A stretch of 64,000 nt of DNA from Epiperipatus broadwayi (Eukaryota; Animalia; Onychophora), in contig JAQFVV010000009.1 in assembly GCA_028023455.1 (NCBI GenBank), positions 10,416,001-10,480,000 on the forward strand. The letters are read 5' to 3'. Below the pieces are notes generated by a model. That model did no database searches, was not told where the DNA came from, and saw only the letters and a program-made list of their open reading frames with translations. The position numbers and the translations under genes are program-made. Positions 35,891-48,843 of the stretch are shown here, piece by piece (the first letter of the stretch is position 1; each line of letters starts with the position of its first letter).

Positions 35891-38800
35891 TCTAATTAGG
35901 TCAAGTTCAATCTTTGTGATGACTTGAAATTTATCCTTTAAAAAATTATATTATGCAATTGGCACTCTTGAAATGAACTAGGTGACAGGACTTATTATTA
36001 CTATTATTGTTATTATTATTATTTGTTTTTTACAAGCTGTTTAAAAGAGCCATATTAACATAATTCTATTAATTGTTAAAAACTATCCACCTATAGAGCA
36101 GACTGAATTTAGGTCACAAAGAATGTTTGCTAATAAGTTTTACAGTATAATAACTCAGATTGAAATGAATTGTATAAAATAAATAAAAAACTGGTGCTCC
36201 CATTATTGATCTAATTTCAACTTATGATTCTGTTTGGAAAAATAGTTTTCTAAAAGTTTCTAAAATTCTTAAATGCACAAAAACCATTAATTTACATGAT
36301 AAAATGTTTTCCAGTTGAAAATTCAAATGACTGTATAGATGATAATCATAGTAGATATAAAATTTTACAGAATAGCTATCACAGCATTCATTTTTCTCAT
36401 TTATTCTTTTTTATTTTCATCATTAATCTTCCAGAAACAGAATATAAAAAATTAATTTATATTCGTAACATTGGTTTGATTTCATAGAAAATATTTTTCC
36501 TGAAATAAAAAGTCTCTGAATAAAGACATCAAATGTTTGTAAATATTTTCCAAAGACTGGTGTCTTATTTCTAATCCAACCAAAGCACTATGCTCAGTTT
36601 CATTTAAATAACACACTAATCTGAATATAATCTTGTACAAGAATCCTATCCCATGCTACTTGCAATTAATCTTTAACTATAGATTAATTTTTTTTTTTAT
36701 TTAACTAAGTTTAAATCTCAAATAATTTCTAAGAATTAACTTATTTAGAAAGCTAGCTGGCACTGTTTAAAGTTATAATGTATTTTCTAGACAGATTTCT
36801 TAGTTAGCACATTTTCTGATAAATACTACACCTCCGTTTAGATGAATAATGCCCATATCAGATGTCTACATACTCAATTAAATATTACCATAAGAAATAT
36901 TTCTCTCAATCAAATTCTTTGAAGTGAATTCCTATTTTCCCACATATTCTTTCACCAAATATGAGAAAATAAATTGCCTCACAAATAATTTATAAGAATT
37001 GATAAGAAAATCAATTTCACCATATAAATCTCATCTCAAATCAAGACTTGTTTCTGGATGTTTAACCAAGACTTTTTTCAAATTGCCAAAGAATTCATCT
37101 GAGATTCAACATAAATTTTAATTTGGTCTTTTTAAACACTATATAATCTAATAAAAAGATGATATTCATAACATTCATTGCTTTATAAGTGTAATGTGAC
37201 AGTGCTAACTTTTATAAATGTGGTCAGATACAAATTATGAACTGCATAGTTAATATCTTTCAAATCTATAACTACTGTGGCAGCATTGAAGAACTTAATA
37301 AAACAAATTGATGATTCTATTTCCTGATTGGAATCTTGCTGGTGGTTTAATGATATTGTGTTAAAAGTTAACTTCTTAAAAAAATCAGTACACTAAATAA
37401 ATAAATACTTAAAAGTTAATTGATAAATGGCACATGAATGGTACTATATTGTAAAATGTTTAGATTGTATAAGAAAAAATGGAAATTCAAATATATATTT
37501 GCATGTATAAGAGTATAAGCATGTAAATTTTGAAATCAAAATGCTAGAAAGTGTTAACAAATACAGATACAATATAAAATAAAATGATTAAATAATATTT
37601 ATATATTGAAAGGGAACTTTAAATAGAAATAAAGGTAAAGATTTGGTAAGTAATAATTTTTAAGGTAGTAATTAAATGTTTTAATATTAAGGAAGTGTTT
37701 AAAAGAAATTAGCAATTAAAATCAATTAATTGGAAGATTTAAAAAATAAAAATAAAATAGGGGTAAAAAACAAGGATAATAAAAAGAGGAAATGTAATGA
37801 GTTATTTTATAGTCAGGCAAAAATAAAGTTTTAAAGTAGGTTCATTGAACTGAAAGTAATTGGAGAAAGTCAAATTAAATTGAAAATAAATAAATTATAT
37901 TTTGGTTTTAGAAAATGTGAATGAATTTTCATGTTATTATTGATAGATAGATTTGTAAATGTTTTGAGAATTATTAATAGTATTATGTAATTATTATTAT
38001 TGTCAATTTTTGAACAATTTGTATATCTTTATGCATTTATAGTAATCAATTTCGAAAACTACCTTGGAATATAATTGAATTATGTTATGTATTATGACAT
38101 ATGTATATGGATGTGTAAAAAGTTCTGTTTTACATAGTAAAATAAGATTTTTAAAGAAATGGCAAATGTGGAGAATTAATTAAATATATAAATAGTTTTA
38201 TTTGAACAAATTATATTTTTTATCAATACTCATGCATAAATTAGTTTAGTTATTTCTTTAAAATAGATAAATTATTCCACTCAGATTTGAAATATTTGTT
38301 CATGTTTAAATTTTAATTTTTTAATATAGCCCCTAAATAAAATTAGATGCAGAAAATAATACATTCCGGTAGATTGCACTTATTGTATCCCCAAAAAATT
38401 ATTTTACATCTGATTAGCAAATAATTTATCACTTTAAGAAGAAAAGTAGAATTGTAGAGAAAGAATCTTTTTAAAAAGAAAGTACAATAATAAACAAGAA
38501 ATTAAAAAAAAAAAAAAAATGGTTTACTTGAAGTAAAGGCCATTTAATTATTTTTATTTAAAAATTGATTCATGAGAAAAAGCAGAGAAGGATAGAAATA
38601 AAAATTTAGTAAGACCTATGAATATTTAAAATCTCTATGTACTTATAACCTGTCATTCCTCTATTTTGAACTAGCCCAATTTCTGGAAGTTGAATTTGTT
38701 ATATGGCTATTTAAGCTTTATGTCTATAGACTAACTGTGATAAGATTTCAAATATTTCAAGTTTTTTATATTCTTAAAGAAATAAAATCAACAAAACATG

Positions 38801-39059
38801 ATTATTTTATTTCAGAAAAACTTAAGATTCAAATGTTGTTTCCATTTTTTTTAAAAACATCAATACTGTATATCTTAAAATCAATTTAGGAATTGTACTT
38901 TCCTTTCAGAATAAAATAACTACCACAGGATAAAAATAAAGCATAATCCTTTTTTCCTTAAGTTTTAAATTAAATTTAATAAGAATGATAAAGAATTTCA
39001 ATTGTTAAATTCTGTGAGACCTTTAATAGATATTAGTGTGTGTGTGTGTGATGAAAGAA

Positions 39060-39400
39060 CGTTAGGGGAGATATTAAAAGTAACAAGAAGAGATCTAAAA
39101 TGAAATACATTGATGAGAGAATAAGCAGGTATTTCTGACATCACTGAAAGAATTAAGAGAATAAATATGGAACTGGCTTAGATAAATTTCTAAAACATAT
39201 AATAAATGAACAGTTAAAGTTTTAAATTGAATCCAAGATATTGGAAAAGACCTAGAGAGAGATTATATGTGAAATGTGTGGATGAAATAAAGAAAGTTTA
39301 CTGCAGAGACTATAGATATCAAAAAGATTGGATCAAACTTGAAGAGACTTTAATCCTTCAGGGAATCAATATTAAAAATGATGGTGATGATGATGACTGT
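39060..39400 (+). mobile_element. RTE-clade LINE 3' end
   Basis: NPRYWKRPRERLYVKCVDEIKK...DWIKL resembles the RTE GRP..RW.D.I motif and ends in a (GAT)n tail at ~39378-39397. Confidence 0.6.
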
Positions 39401-39749
39401 GTGTTAAGTAAAGATTTTAAATACCACTACTGTTTCAAAGATTCTTAAATATTTGTTTTAATGATTATATAATAGAAAATATTGGTTCAAGTGCTAGTTT
39501 AGTCATTCTATATTTATTTCAGCCAGAATATCACCTATAAAGTATTTCTATCAAAAAAGATAATGACTGAAGTAAAAATGTAGAATGATCCATAAATTCA
39601 GCAATTAAAAAGTTAAAATATATATTTGTATTGTTAAAGTCTAATACATATAAAAAAGAATAAATGAAGCCAAATATATTTACTCCTGGAAATCAAAGTT
39701 AGAGAAAAGCTGCTGTAAAAAATTTAGATTTGCACATTTTGTTCTAGTA

Positions 39750-41400
39750 GATCGATGGTTGAGGAAACCAATTGCTCTTACATAGAATCGTGCACTTGCT
39801 TATTACAATATCTGGGTAAAGAATTTTTAGAGCAGTAATTTTGGGGGTTATTGAGTAGAACACCAAAAACTAGAAGCCATGTTTTTTTTTCATTAAGTTT
39901 TTTACTTCTGCTGAGACTATTTGAAACAATAACTAAACATAGAATATATTAGTAATGTAGAATTTTGAACGTAAGCTCTTGATTGAGATATACAACGCCA
40001 TTAGTTCTGATAAATAATTAACTATATGTTGAATGAATAGAATAATGATGGACGAATTGAACAAGTTTGTAAAAGACTTTCGTTTTACCCTTTTATTTTT
40101 TACTTTGAAGAAATAATTAGCAATTTTATTTTTTTTTATCACTCAAGGTGTATTTATTTATTTTGAAACTATAAACAAACATTAATTAGATTATCCAACT
40201 GAAAATTTTTTTTCTCTTTCATCGATTTTAAATAGCATCTGTGTATTTGAAGAAACAAATACTATAAAAATGCATAAGGAAAACGTCTTTAATTAAAAAG
40301 ACATTTTTTTGAGTCAATATTAGGAGGAAGCAACAAATGGTGAATTTTTTAAAAGCTTTTATTACAACAATTTCTTCTTTTCAATAATATTTATAACAAA
40401 CCCCAGCTGAGTAAATTAGGAAAAAAATCTACAATTTTAAACCAATCGTAACTTTTGTACTAAATGATTTCTAAGTCTTGTTGCTAGGATACAGTTTAAT
40501 CAATAGAATTTAGTAGTATGTACAACTCTAAAATGTTAAGAGGTTTCAAGAGATTGCAGGTATAGCTTTCAAATTGGTAGCTATCAATAAAGAAAATAGG
40601 TCGCAGATCTTTTAATTAATCAGTAAGATAAAATAATAAGCAATTTAGCCGCAAAATATATCTAATGTAAATCATTTAGATTGATTATAAAAATAAATTA
40701 TTTAATTATACATGTGCCGCGTGCATAAGAGTTGTAGTAAGTATTTAATTTTTAAATCCTATATATGTTTTACAACAAAATAGGAATCTCTAAATAAGGT
40801 CCATGGATCCCCATTTAACCATACTATCGAGTTACAGTTGTAAAATAGTTTTTAAATAACAGCAATATTTTGATCTTCATTTTAACAAATAGTAAGTAGC
40901 ATGCACTATGGATAACGAAATATTCCAGAGGTAATCCATGGAATAATAGTAGTCATTAATATTACATAAAATTTCCTTTCTCCAGTTATGAAAGATATAT
41001 CATTACATGCTAAAATACTGTACAGACACACACTCGTAAATATATACTTTATATATGCAAGTGAAAAAACTCAATAAAAATCGATCATTTATCTGAACAA
41101 CTTATAGACAACAAGTATCTTCCTCATTTGTTGTTACAAATCTTAAATTTTTAGGTTTTACAATGCTATAAAAACTACTATTCAAAATCAACTTTTTCTT
41201 GGAGATCACCATCAGTGCATTATCCAAAGCATATTTTTTTGGTATATGCAAACGTTTTCCAAATCAAGGTCGTAGTTTGTCCAAAAATTAGTTAATTTCT
41301 ATCCCTATTAATTTATCACTTTGTAAGAAGAACAAAATCAAATTCTTCATTATCGAATTAATGTGGAATAAAAATAGCACTCAACATCATGAAAATGGAA
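39750..41400. promoter_or_regulatory. CpG-retaining island in non-repeat DNA
   Basis: Well over a dozen CpGs, including three ATCGAT motifs and GTGCCGCGTGC, against CpG-poor flanks. Confidence 0.35.
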
Positions 41401-42899
41401 AAATACAAAATTTCAGAGTTTTCATTAGATGTTATTTCCATTAATAATATTTTAAAGAGTCACCAATGAAGTAACTAGATTAGACAACATCATTCCATTC
41501 AAGCCTTTTTGACACTACACCATATATTTAACAATAATTTTTTCAAAATATTATTTAACTTCAGTATTAAAAATGCAACTCTCTTACCATATTTTCTTAA
41601 ATAATATTAGATATTGGGAGCTTATGGGTTATATAAAAAAGGTAATATATCAAATAATATTCAATCATTCCTATTATTTGACAATAAATACATAAATAAA
41701 TTCAAACATTGGAATCCAAAGTTAACATTAAAGCCCTACCCACAAACTCCTTTCTATTCTACAAATTGTATTTTACTAACATAGATACCTCTTGTATCCT
41801 ACATTATAGAATTGAAGGACCATGAAATATTTCCTTTTAGAATGTCTTTTTCTTCAAATATACCACATTCTTATCTCACATGTTCATATACACAAACATT
41901 CACTAATCTTATTGATAGTATATTCATAAATCTTTTTCTCAATATAAGAACCTGTATGTTTATTTTTTAATACTCTGGTTTTTCAAATATTCTACTTCTC
42001 ACAAATATATAATTTCCAAAATAAGTTTGAAAGTATTAAAATAAAAGACCCAAACCCATGCACTAGCTGATATGTTTGTAATTACCTGGAGTTTAGTCTC
42101 TTTCAAGATAGTGCATGACTATTTTTTTTAATTATTACAATATTCTATGAAAATTGATTAACATTAGAAATATAGTCATTATTTAGGATACTAAAAAATG
42201 TATCTATCATTTTTTCCCTTTTTTTAAACAAATTTTTACTCAATTTTTTTGCACACTAAATATAAATAGTTTTAAATATTTAAATTTTTTTATGTATTAT
42301 CATGTACTATAACTGTGATAGACCCCTTTTATGTAAAAATATATTTGAAACTGTTTGAACAAATAAGGTTACTTTAAAACCAAATAGTAATGCAAACATT
42401 AAGAGCTCTACTTTAGAGCAAGAGCCAACTGTGCATTCTCCCACAGAATAGCAATGAAGCAGAAAGCATACCTGATTAATCAACATAACTTTTTAAAACA
42501 GGCAAAATTCACTATGCATGTTTATTGGCTTAAAACATAAATTGTTGATTTTTTTTAATGGTTTTTCTAAGCATGTTTTTACATTCTAGCTAAGCATAAT
42601 TAGACACACATTTATCAAATAATAGATTCATAGCTACTTTGCTTAATGACCACTATATATATCCTTACAATGAATTTAAATATTTTTGAATTCTTTTTAT
42701 TAAAAAAGGAAACTCTTAAATTTCAACATGAGGGTTTTTTCACATTCTTCTAGAGTTATATATTTGTTTGCATTATTATTGAAGCTTCTGCAAAACTGAT
42801 CTCTGAAATCTTTCATAAATCATATGTAATGTTTTGATAGATATTTGATCATGACCAAAATAATTCCTCTTCAGGTGGGATTTCATTTTTAAAGACAGA

Positions 42900-44300
42900 A
42901 AATATGCATCCGGTCAACATCAGGGGGAGCCCTATAATAAATACATATATAGTTACATTAAAACAAAGTTTTAGAACATTAGTATTTACATAAAATGTAA
43001 TTTTAAAAACTTCCAAAATCCCCATAAAAATAAAACAGAAAAGTGTATATTTCATCCCATAAAAATTTCAATTATACTGACGTAGAAAAATCTCAAATTG
43101 AGAAGTTATGAGAAAACATACTTTAGCGATATAATTTTGTAAATTAGTGAATTTTTGTTGAAGATAGATAGACAAACCATTCAGACGTATGCGTATTTGT
43201 GTACAGATTATAGTTTGTTGATCAAATAGATCTTTTTTTAAAATTTTATTTACTATATCATATTTGCTCATTTCATTACTTTCTTAATGATTGGTTGGAG
43301 TTTCTGTTGGCTATATTTAGAAAAAAAAAAATAATCCTCTGAAGATCTGATTGAAAAACTTCACACATGAAAGATTTGTGTGCATTCATCAAATTAAATT
43401 CAATAAACGGTGATATTCTTGTCTTCAAAAAAGGGAGGGGGATCCTTTTTTTTTTTTTTTAATGTATTGTATTTAAATATAATTATTATCAATAGATCCA
43501 TGTCACATTGTTAGCCAGATTATTTCCATTTTTGTAAAATTATGTTTAAAATATAAGTGCAGCGGACCCTTTTTTTTGGAAAAGTAAAAACAAATACGCC
43601 ACGTGTTTTGTGAGTGTGTGTATGCATATATTTAAACGCACACATGCAAATATTTTCTACTCGGAGTAGAAATAAAAAAAAATTAGTCATCGGAATTGTA
43701 GTGTAGTGGCGGGGGGGGGGCGTATTAATAATTAATTTTTCAATTAAAATAAGTGATTTATTTTATAATAAAATTTAGTTTGTTGTGAAATTTAATTACA
43801 AATTTTATTATTAGCTGAAACACACAGGCTTATATATTATATTTTTTCCTAAATGTGAGTTGGATGCTCTGTTCTGATTACCGATGGGTTTCACAGAGAT
43901 CGGATAATGGAACAACCTTACATATGAAGATTGTTAATAACAAATAAAAACTGCCCTAGAATACTATGCCTTTTAGAATAGGATGTTGGTTCATCAAAAG
44001 CTAGATAATATTTTCAAAATAGATTTTTCTTTCCCTCTTTATTTTTCAGTCATTTAAGTTGGTGGACAATCCGATCGATTGTTATGAATTTCTCATGCTA
44101 TTAGTCATTTTTCTTTATTAATTGTGACAATAACGTTATGGGTTTATGCAACCACATTTCCATCTTTGACTCTGTTTCCCATCCTCTTTTTCTAGGTCAA
44201 ACCTTTACGAATTAAGAAAACTATAATGGAAACAGATTTAATAAGCTGGCAGTTTTTTTAGTTGTGATCTTTGCTTGCCGGTATTTCAATCACTAGTGAA
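42900..44300. promoter_or_regulatory. CpG-retaining island, putative promoter/enhancer
   Basis: Densest CpG cluster in unique DNA. Includes E-box CACGTG (43600-43605), GC-box-like GGCGGGGG (43708-43722) and CCGATCGAT (~44071). Confidence 0.45.
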
Positions 44301-45399
44301 TCAGGTTGGAACTGGATAGTATATTTAAGCAGCCCTAAGGAGACTAGAAATGTAATTTAAAACAGCCTGTCTTTTATGGTCTGACTAGGTTTTACTCCAT
44401 ACAAACTTTTTTAAAGTAAAATAAAAGACAGTGGTAGTGATCTATAAGCTCTCAAGATCTTAAATTTATCTTCCTTAAGAAAGCCATTTGATAAAATAAG
44501 TAAATGGCTACAACTTATTTGGAAGAACAGATCAACCAATGAAAGAAAAATTCAGGATGTTGCATTAGCTGTGACATATAATTTAATATCTTTTTGAATT
44601 CATTTATGCATCAATAAATGGGTCATGGTACTAAAACTTAGCTTACATAATAGTACAAGTGCTCATTTTATTAGTGCAGGGAATTCAGAAAAAGAAAGTT
44701 CTTATTCATTGCTAGATAGCACTATTACAGCAATACCATTGAAAGGCTTTTTTTACCCCTTGGATACTTTGATGCATATTTTAGTATAAATAGTTGTTGA
44801 AAATAATATTGTTGCTGTAAATTCTTGCTGTTATTGAATATTTACACAACACAATATAAATAAATATGGATACATCTATACTCAAAACAATGACATTTAA
44901 TAGATACATTATAGTTAGAAATAAGAATAGAGGAGAAATTCATCTTAGATAAGCATTTACAAAAACAGATTGTTGAATGGATCATAGACTAATAGGTTAA
45001 AATAATAATTTCATTAAAAATATATCTTATTCCAATCACATTCATAATACAATTGATATTTAGAATTATTTCCTATATGTGCTGAGTTCAATAATTATTC
45101 AATATTAAAATTGCTAATTTGGATTTTCAGAATAATCAGCTTACCCAGGCATGGAATTATCTTTAAAATTGTGTTCTGGATACAAGTGAATTTATTGTTT
45201 GATTCCCTAAAAGAAAAGAAAAATCATGATCATTTTTTTAATGACTTTATTAAAAGAAAACATACAGCATAGAGAATTGAAGAAAGAAGTTCAGTGAATG
45301 ATAAGAAGACTAAAAAATAATTGAGGTAAATTAAAATTGAAAAGAAGACACAAACATATCATGATCATGGACATTTTAGCCATTTTTTAATGCTTTCAA

Positions 45400-46950
45400 A
45401 GGAATATATGGATCTAAGAAATATGATGACAATGACATTTTAAACAGTTATATTTTGATCATTTTTGGATAATGTTCCAAAAATTGAGATGATGACTTTT
45501 AGTGATATATTCATTTTATCTATGCATTTAAACTTGGATAAAGATATCCAGCAAAGTGAAGTCAAAACAACTCTTTGTAATCTTAAAAATAAATAATCTC
45601 CAAGTCCTGATGAAATAAATTTCTATAGAAAATTTTAAATATGATACTAATATGTTAGCTTTTACAATATTGGAAATTTTTAACAATATATGGAATAATG
45701 AAATTGCTCTGCAAAGATGCCTCTATTTCTTCCAATTTTTAAAAATAAGAAAGGTAAACATTATTGTAGTAATAATTATGCTAATATTGTTATTTACTAC
45801 AGACAAGATCTTTCAATGATTTTGTTGAATAGGTTGCTTCCAGTCATAGAGGAATGGCTATCAAAGACTCAGTTATGATTTTTGAAAATTAAAAAATATA
45901 GATTTTTTTTTCTGTTTCCAAAAAAATTCAAGAAAAATGTTGTAAATAAAAGATTGATTTAATCCATTTAACTTATTTAATTAAACATATCTATGGCATT
46001 GTTTGAAATTAGTGAGTTGTCCATGAAAGTTTATTTGTGTTGTATAGCTTTTACATGATGAAATGAAAAGGAGTATTATTATAAGCAGATAATCTGCGGT
46101 ATTTGAAATGAAAGTAATGTCAAACAAGGCTATATATTTTTGGAACTGCTTAGGCAATATAATGAATCAGGAATCAAATAAAAATAAGAACTTTATCTTC
46201 TTAGATATATGCTGATAATTGTGCTATTTTTATGAGTCCAAAAGATAATCTTCAGAATGTATTTAATGTTTTGAATTTAACATATAGAGATTGTGATTTA
46301 ATAATTAATGTTTAATAATCTTAAGTTCTTTATCAATAACTAATAAAAATTTGCAACAACTTTAGATTGGGTGGTTATCAACTTGAGAATGTAAGCCAAT
46401 TTAAATATCTTGGTAGTTTTATAAATAGAAAGGTGAATTTGTATGTTGAGGTGCAACACATAACTCTAATATGTTACCATTGTTTTTAACAAATTAAAAG
46501 AGATGATATTTCATTATACAAAAGTAATTATTGAAAATAAATTAGATGTATATAGAGATGTTCTTTTAATTGATTTATTGTATAAAAGTGAGTCTTGGAC
46601 ACTTTCCATGGGATACACGGCAAAATTTCAAAGTATAATGCTAAGATCATAAACCATTCAATATGTTCTTCAATATACTGGATGTGATACTATAATGTCC
46701 ACTATTGTAAAAATCTTCATTGAATTGGAGATGTAAATAAATGGAAGTAATGAACAGTATATAACTTTTTAAAAAATGATTTAAGGTAAATTGAGCATAG
46801 TTTTTGTGAAACAAATAGTTCTTGTTTACATTAAAAGGACTACCTAGGAGATATTCTGAAGACATACGGTATTAATTGTTTTCATTGGAAGACAAGGCAA
46901 TGAATAGAATACATTGGACGACTATAATCATATCAAAGTATTTTAGAAAT
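45400..46950 (+). mobile_element. Decayed RTE-clade LINE (RT and C-terminus)
   Basis: Ordered motifs: EVKTTLCNLKNK*SPSPDEI (45597-45617), ILLNRLLPVIEEWLSKTQ, YADN (46208-46219), QFKYLGSFI (46403-46414), LYKSESW and GLPRRYSED (GRP..RW.D-like). Confidence 0.8.
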
Positions 46951-47496
46951 AATGTTTTCTACAGAACAAGTTAAAATACAGCATTGTAAAATATCAAATA
47001 AACAGAAAATGGATCAGCATATTCTATATAGGGACATATTAGTGGGTCACAAATTGATTTGTATAAACGTCACAAAATTCATTTATTGTGTAGTATTACT
47101 ATTATTTTTTGTTTTGACCTTTCTTCTCTTGAAGTTGAAATGGTCATACTCTTAGGTGAGTGACTGTTGATGCTGATTTAAATATTAGCACTCAAACAAA
47201 GTAAAAAGCAGTGCCTACCTCGTAAACTCAGCAGAGTTTCCAATCCATAGTAATGTATTTTGTATGGTGGAAAAAAAAGAGTTAACAATTTCTAAACCTT
47301 ATTTTTATTAAATGCTCTCTCATGTGTTCACATATAAATAAAAAGAAGCAATAAGAATGGAAGTTGTATTTATACAGAATTATGTAAAATGAAGAACTAT
47401 AGCAATTTTTTTAAAAATAATATGTATAACCAATTATACATTTATAAATAAAGTTGTGGGTGCGTAAATATGAATTTTTAAAATTAGTAAAAATCT

Positions 47497-47562
47497 TATG
47501 GCACAATGGTTAATGCATTTTCTTACCATATCCATGATGATTGAGAGTTAAAATCCAAGCTC
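47497..47562 (+). mobile_element. tRNA-derived SINE-like head, decayed
   Basis: A-box-like TGGCACAATGG and B-box-like GAGTTAAAATCC at tRNA spacing. Confidence 0.35.
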
Positions 47563-48182
47563 AAAAAATTTTCTGATTTCAAGCAAATGTTTTTTTTTAA
47601 AAGATAGTTAGCCCATTGCTATTCAATTATAAGTCAAAATTTGGATATTTAATTATTTTTATCCAGAGAATAAAATAAGAAGGAAAGAAAAAAATCGTAT
47701 CTCAATGTAATTAGCTGGTTTAGTGAGTAATGACTTCTCCCTCAGTGTTCCTCTTTAAGATCTGCTGGAGAAATCTTTACTCTGCAATAAACCAGTTTTA
47801 AAGGTACTTTATCTAAATTAGTATATACCAATTAATTTAAAAGGTAAAATTAATTTTTTATATATATATAATTTTGTTTTAAACTTAATTATATGTAATA
47901 AATTTCGCATATATACGTTGATATGCTTTACGAAGTGTATAATTATTTCTTCTTTGATATTTTTTGTAGTTTCCATTCAGCTTAATGCATTTCAATTCTG
48001 TATATTATAATCATAGCTGTTTGTTCTGTAATGCACAGCACTTAAAATATATTAAGTCAAAAGGAAAACCAAAAACGTCAAAGAAACTATAAGTTAACAC
48101 CTTGTAAAACATGTCAACATACTATACAAAATTTATATATATATATATATTTTGATACTCTGCCATATTAATACTAATATAA

Positions 48183-48355
48183 AAAGAAATACTAAGACAC
48201 AGTTTAAATATGTTTATTAAATTATTAGCACCAAATATACTTTCGCTGCTTTCGAGTCATAAATACGAAGCAAGAGCATGAAGTGAAAGGATCGAAAGTA
48301 TACTTGGTGCTAATAATTTAATAAACATATTTAAACTCTGACTTAGTATTTCTTT
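48183..48355. repeat. Fold-back/MITE-like hairpin: 63-bp arms, 47-bp spacer
   Basis: 48183-48245 matches the reverse complement of 48293-48355 at 60/63 positions. The flanks are TA-rich. Confidence 0.85.
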
Positions 48356-48763
48356 ATATATATATAAGCATCTGTATTTACTAACTTTTAGATAAAGAAC
48401 TTTTAGATATTTGCTGGGCAAAATCTAATGGGCTATTTTTATATAGGTTTGAATCTTGCATTGTCCACCATTTGATATATTCAGTATTTTTTAGCATACC
48501 CATAAATAAGTTTGGCTTTTTGTAAATTACTTTCAATAAAAAAAAAAAAAAAAACACTTTCTTCCCAATAGAAAAAAAATTGATGTGGCATTTTATTAGT
48601 TAGACTATTACATAATTTACAACATTTACAAAACTCCTGCGTGAAAAATAAAGCTATACTTCTATCATGTTTAATCTTTTCTAATATGAAAGCTACTCTT
48701 CATAGAATATTATTTTAGTAAAAAAAGTAAAAAGGCCTCCAAAAAATCAAATAAAATTGTCAA

Positions 48764-48843
48764 GCGTTGGTGGTCGAGTGGTTAGCACAGCTGCCTTACA
48801 AGCAGTTGTCCCGGGTTAACCGGTTCGCTTCCTAGCCGATGCT
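48764..48843 (+). pseudogene. tRNA-Gly(TCC)-derived pseudogene with anticodon TAC and a duplicated T-arm segment
   Basis: GCGTTGGTGGTCGAGTGGTTAGCACAGCTGCCTTACAAGCAGTTG matches the conserved metazoan Gly-TCC body. The acceptor stem GCGTTGG/CCGATGC pairs, there is an extra CCGGGTTAA before the T loop, and the discriminator is T. Confidence 0.75.

Noticed and set aside
37500-38150. A/G-rich strand-biased tract (also ~17160-17560 and the mirror-biased ~41400-42050) as coding sequence
   Set aside because: No sustained frame. Probably very old LINE debris, but no motif supports a call.
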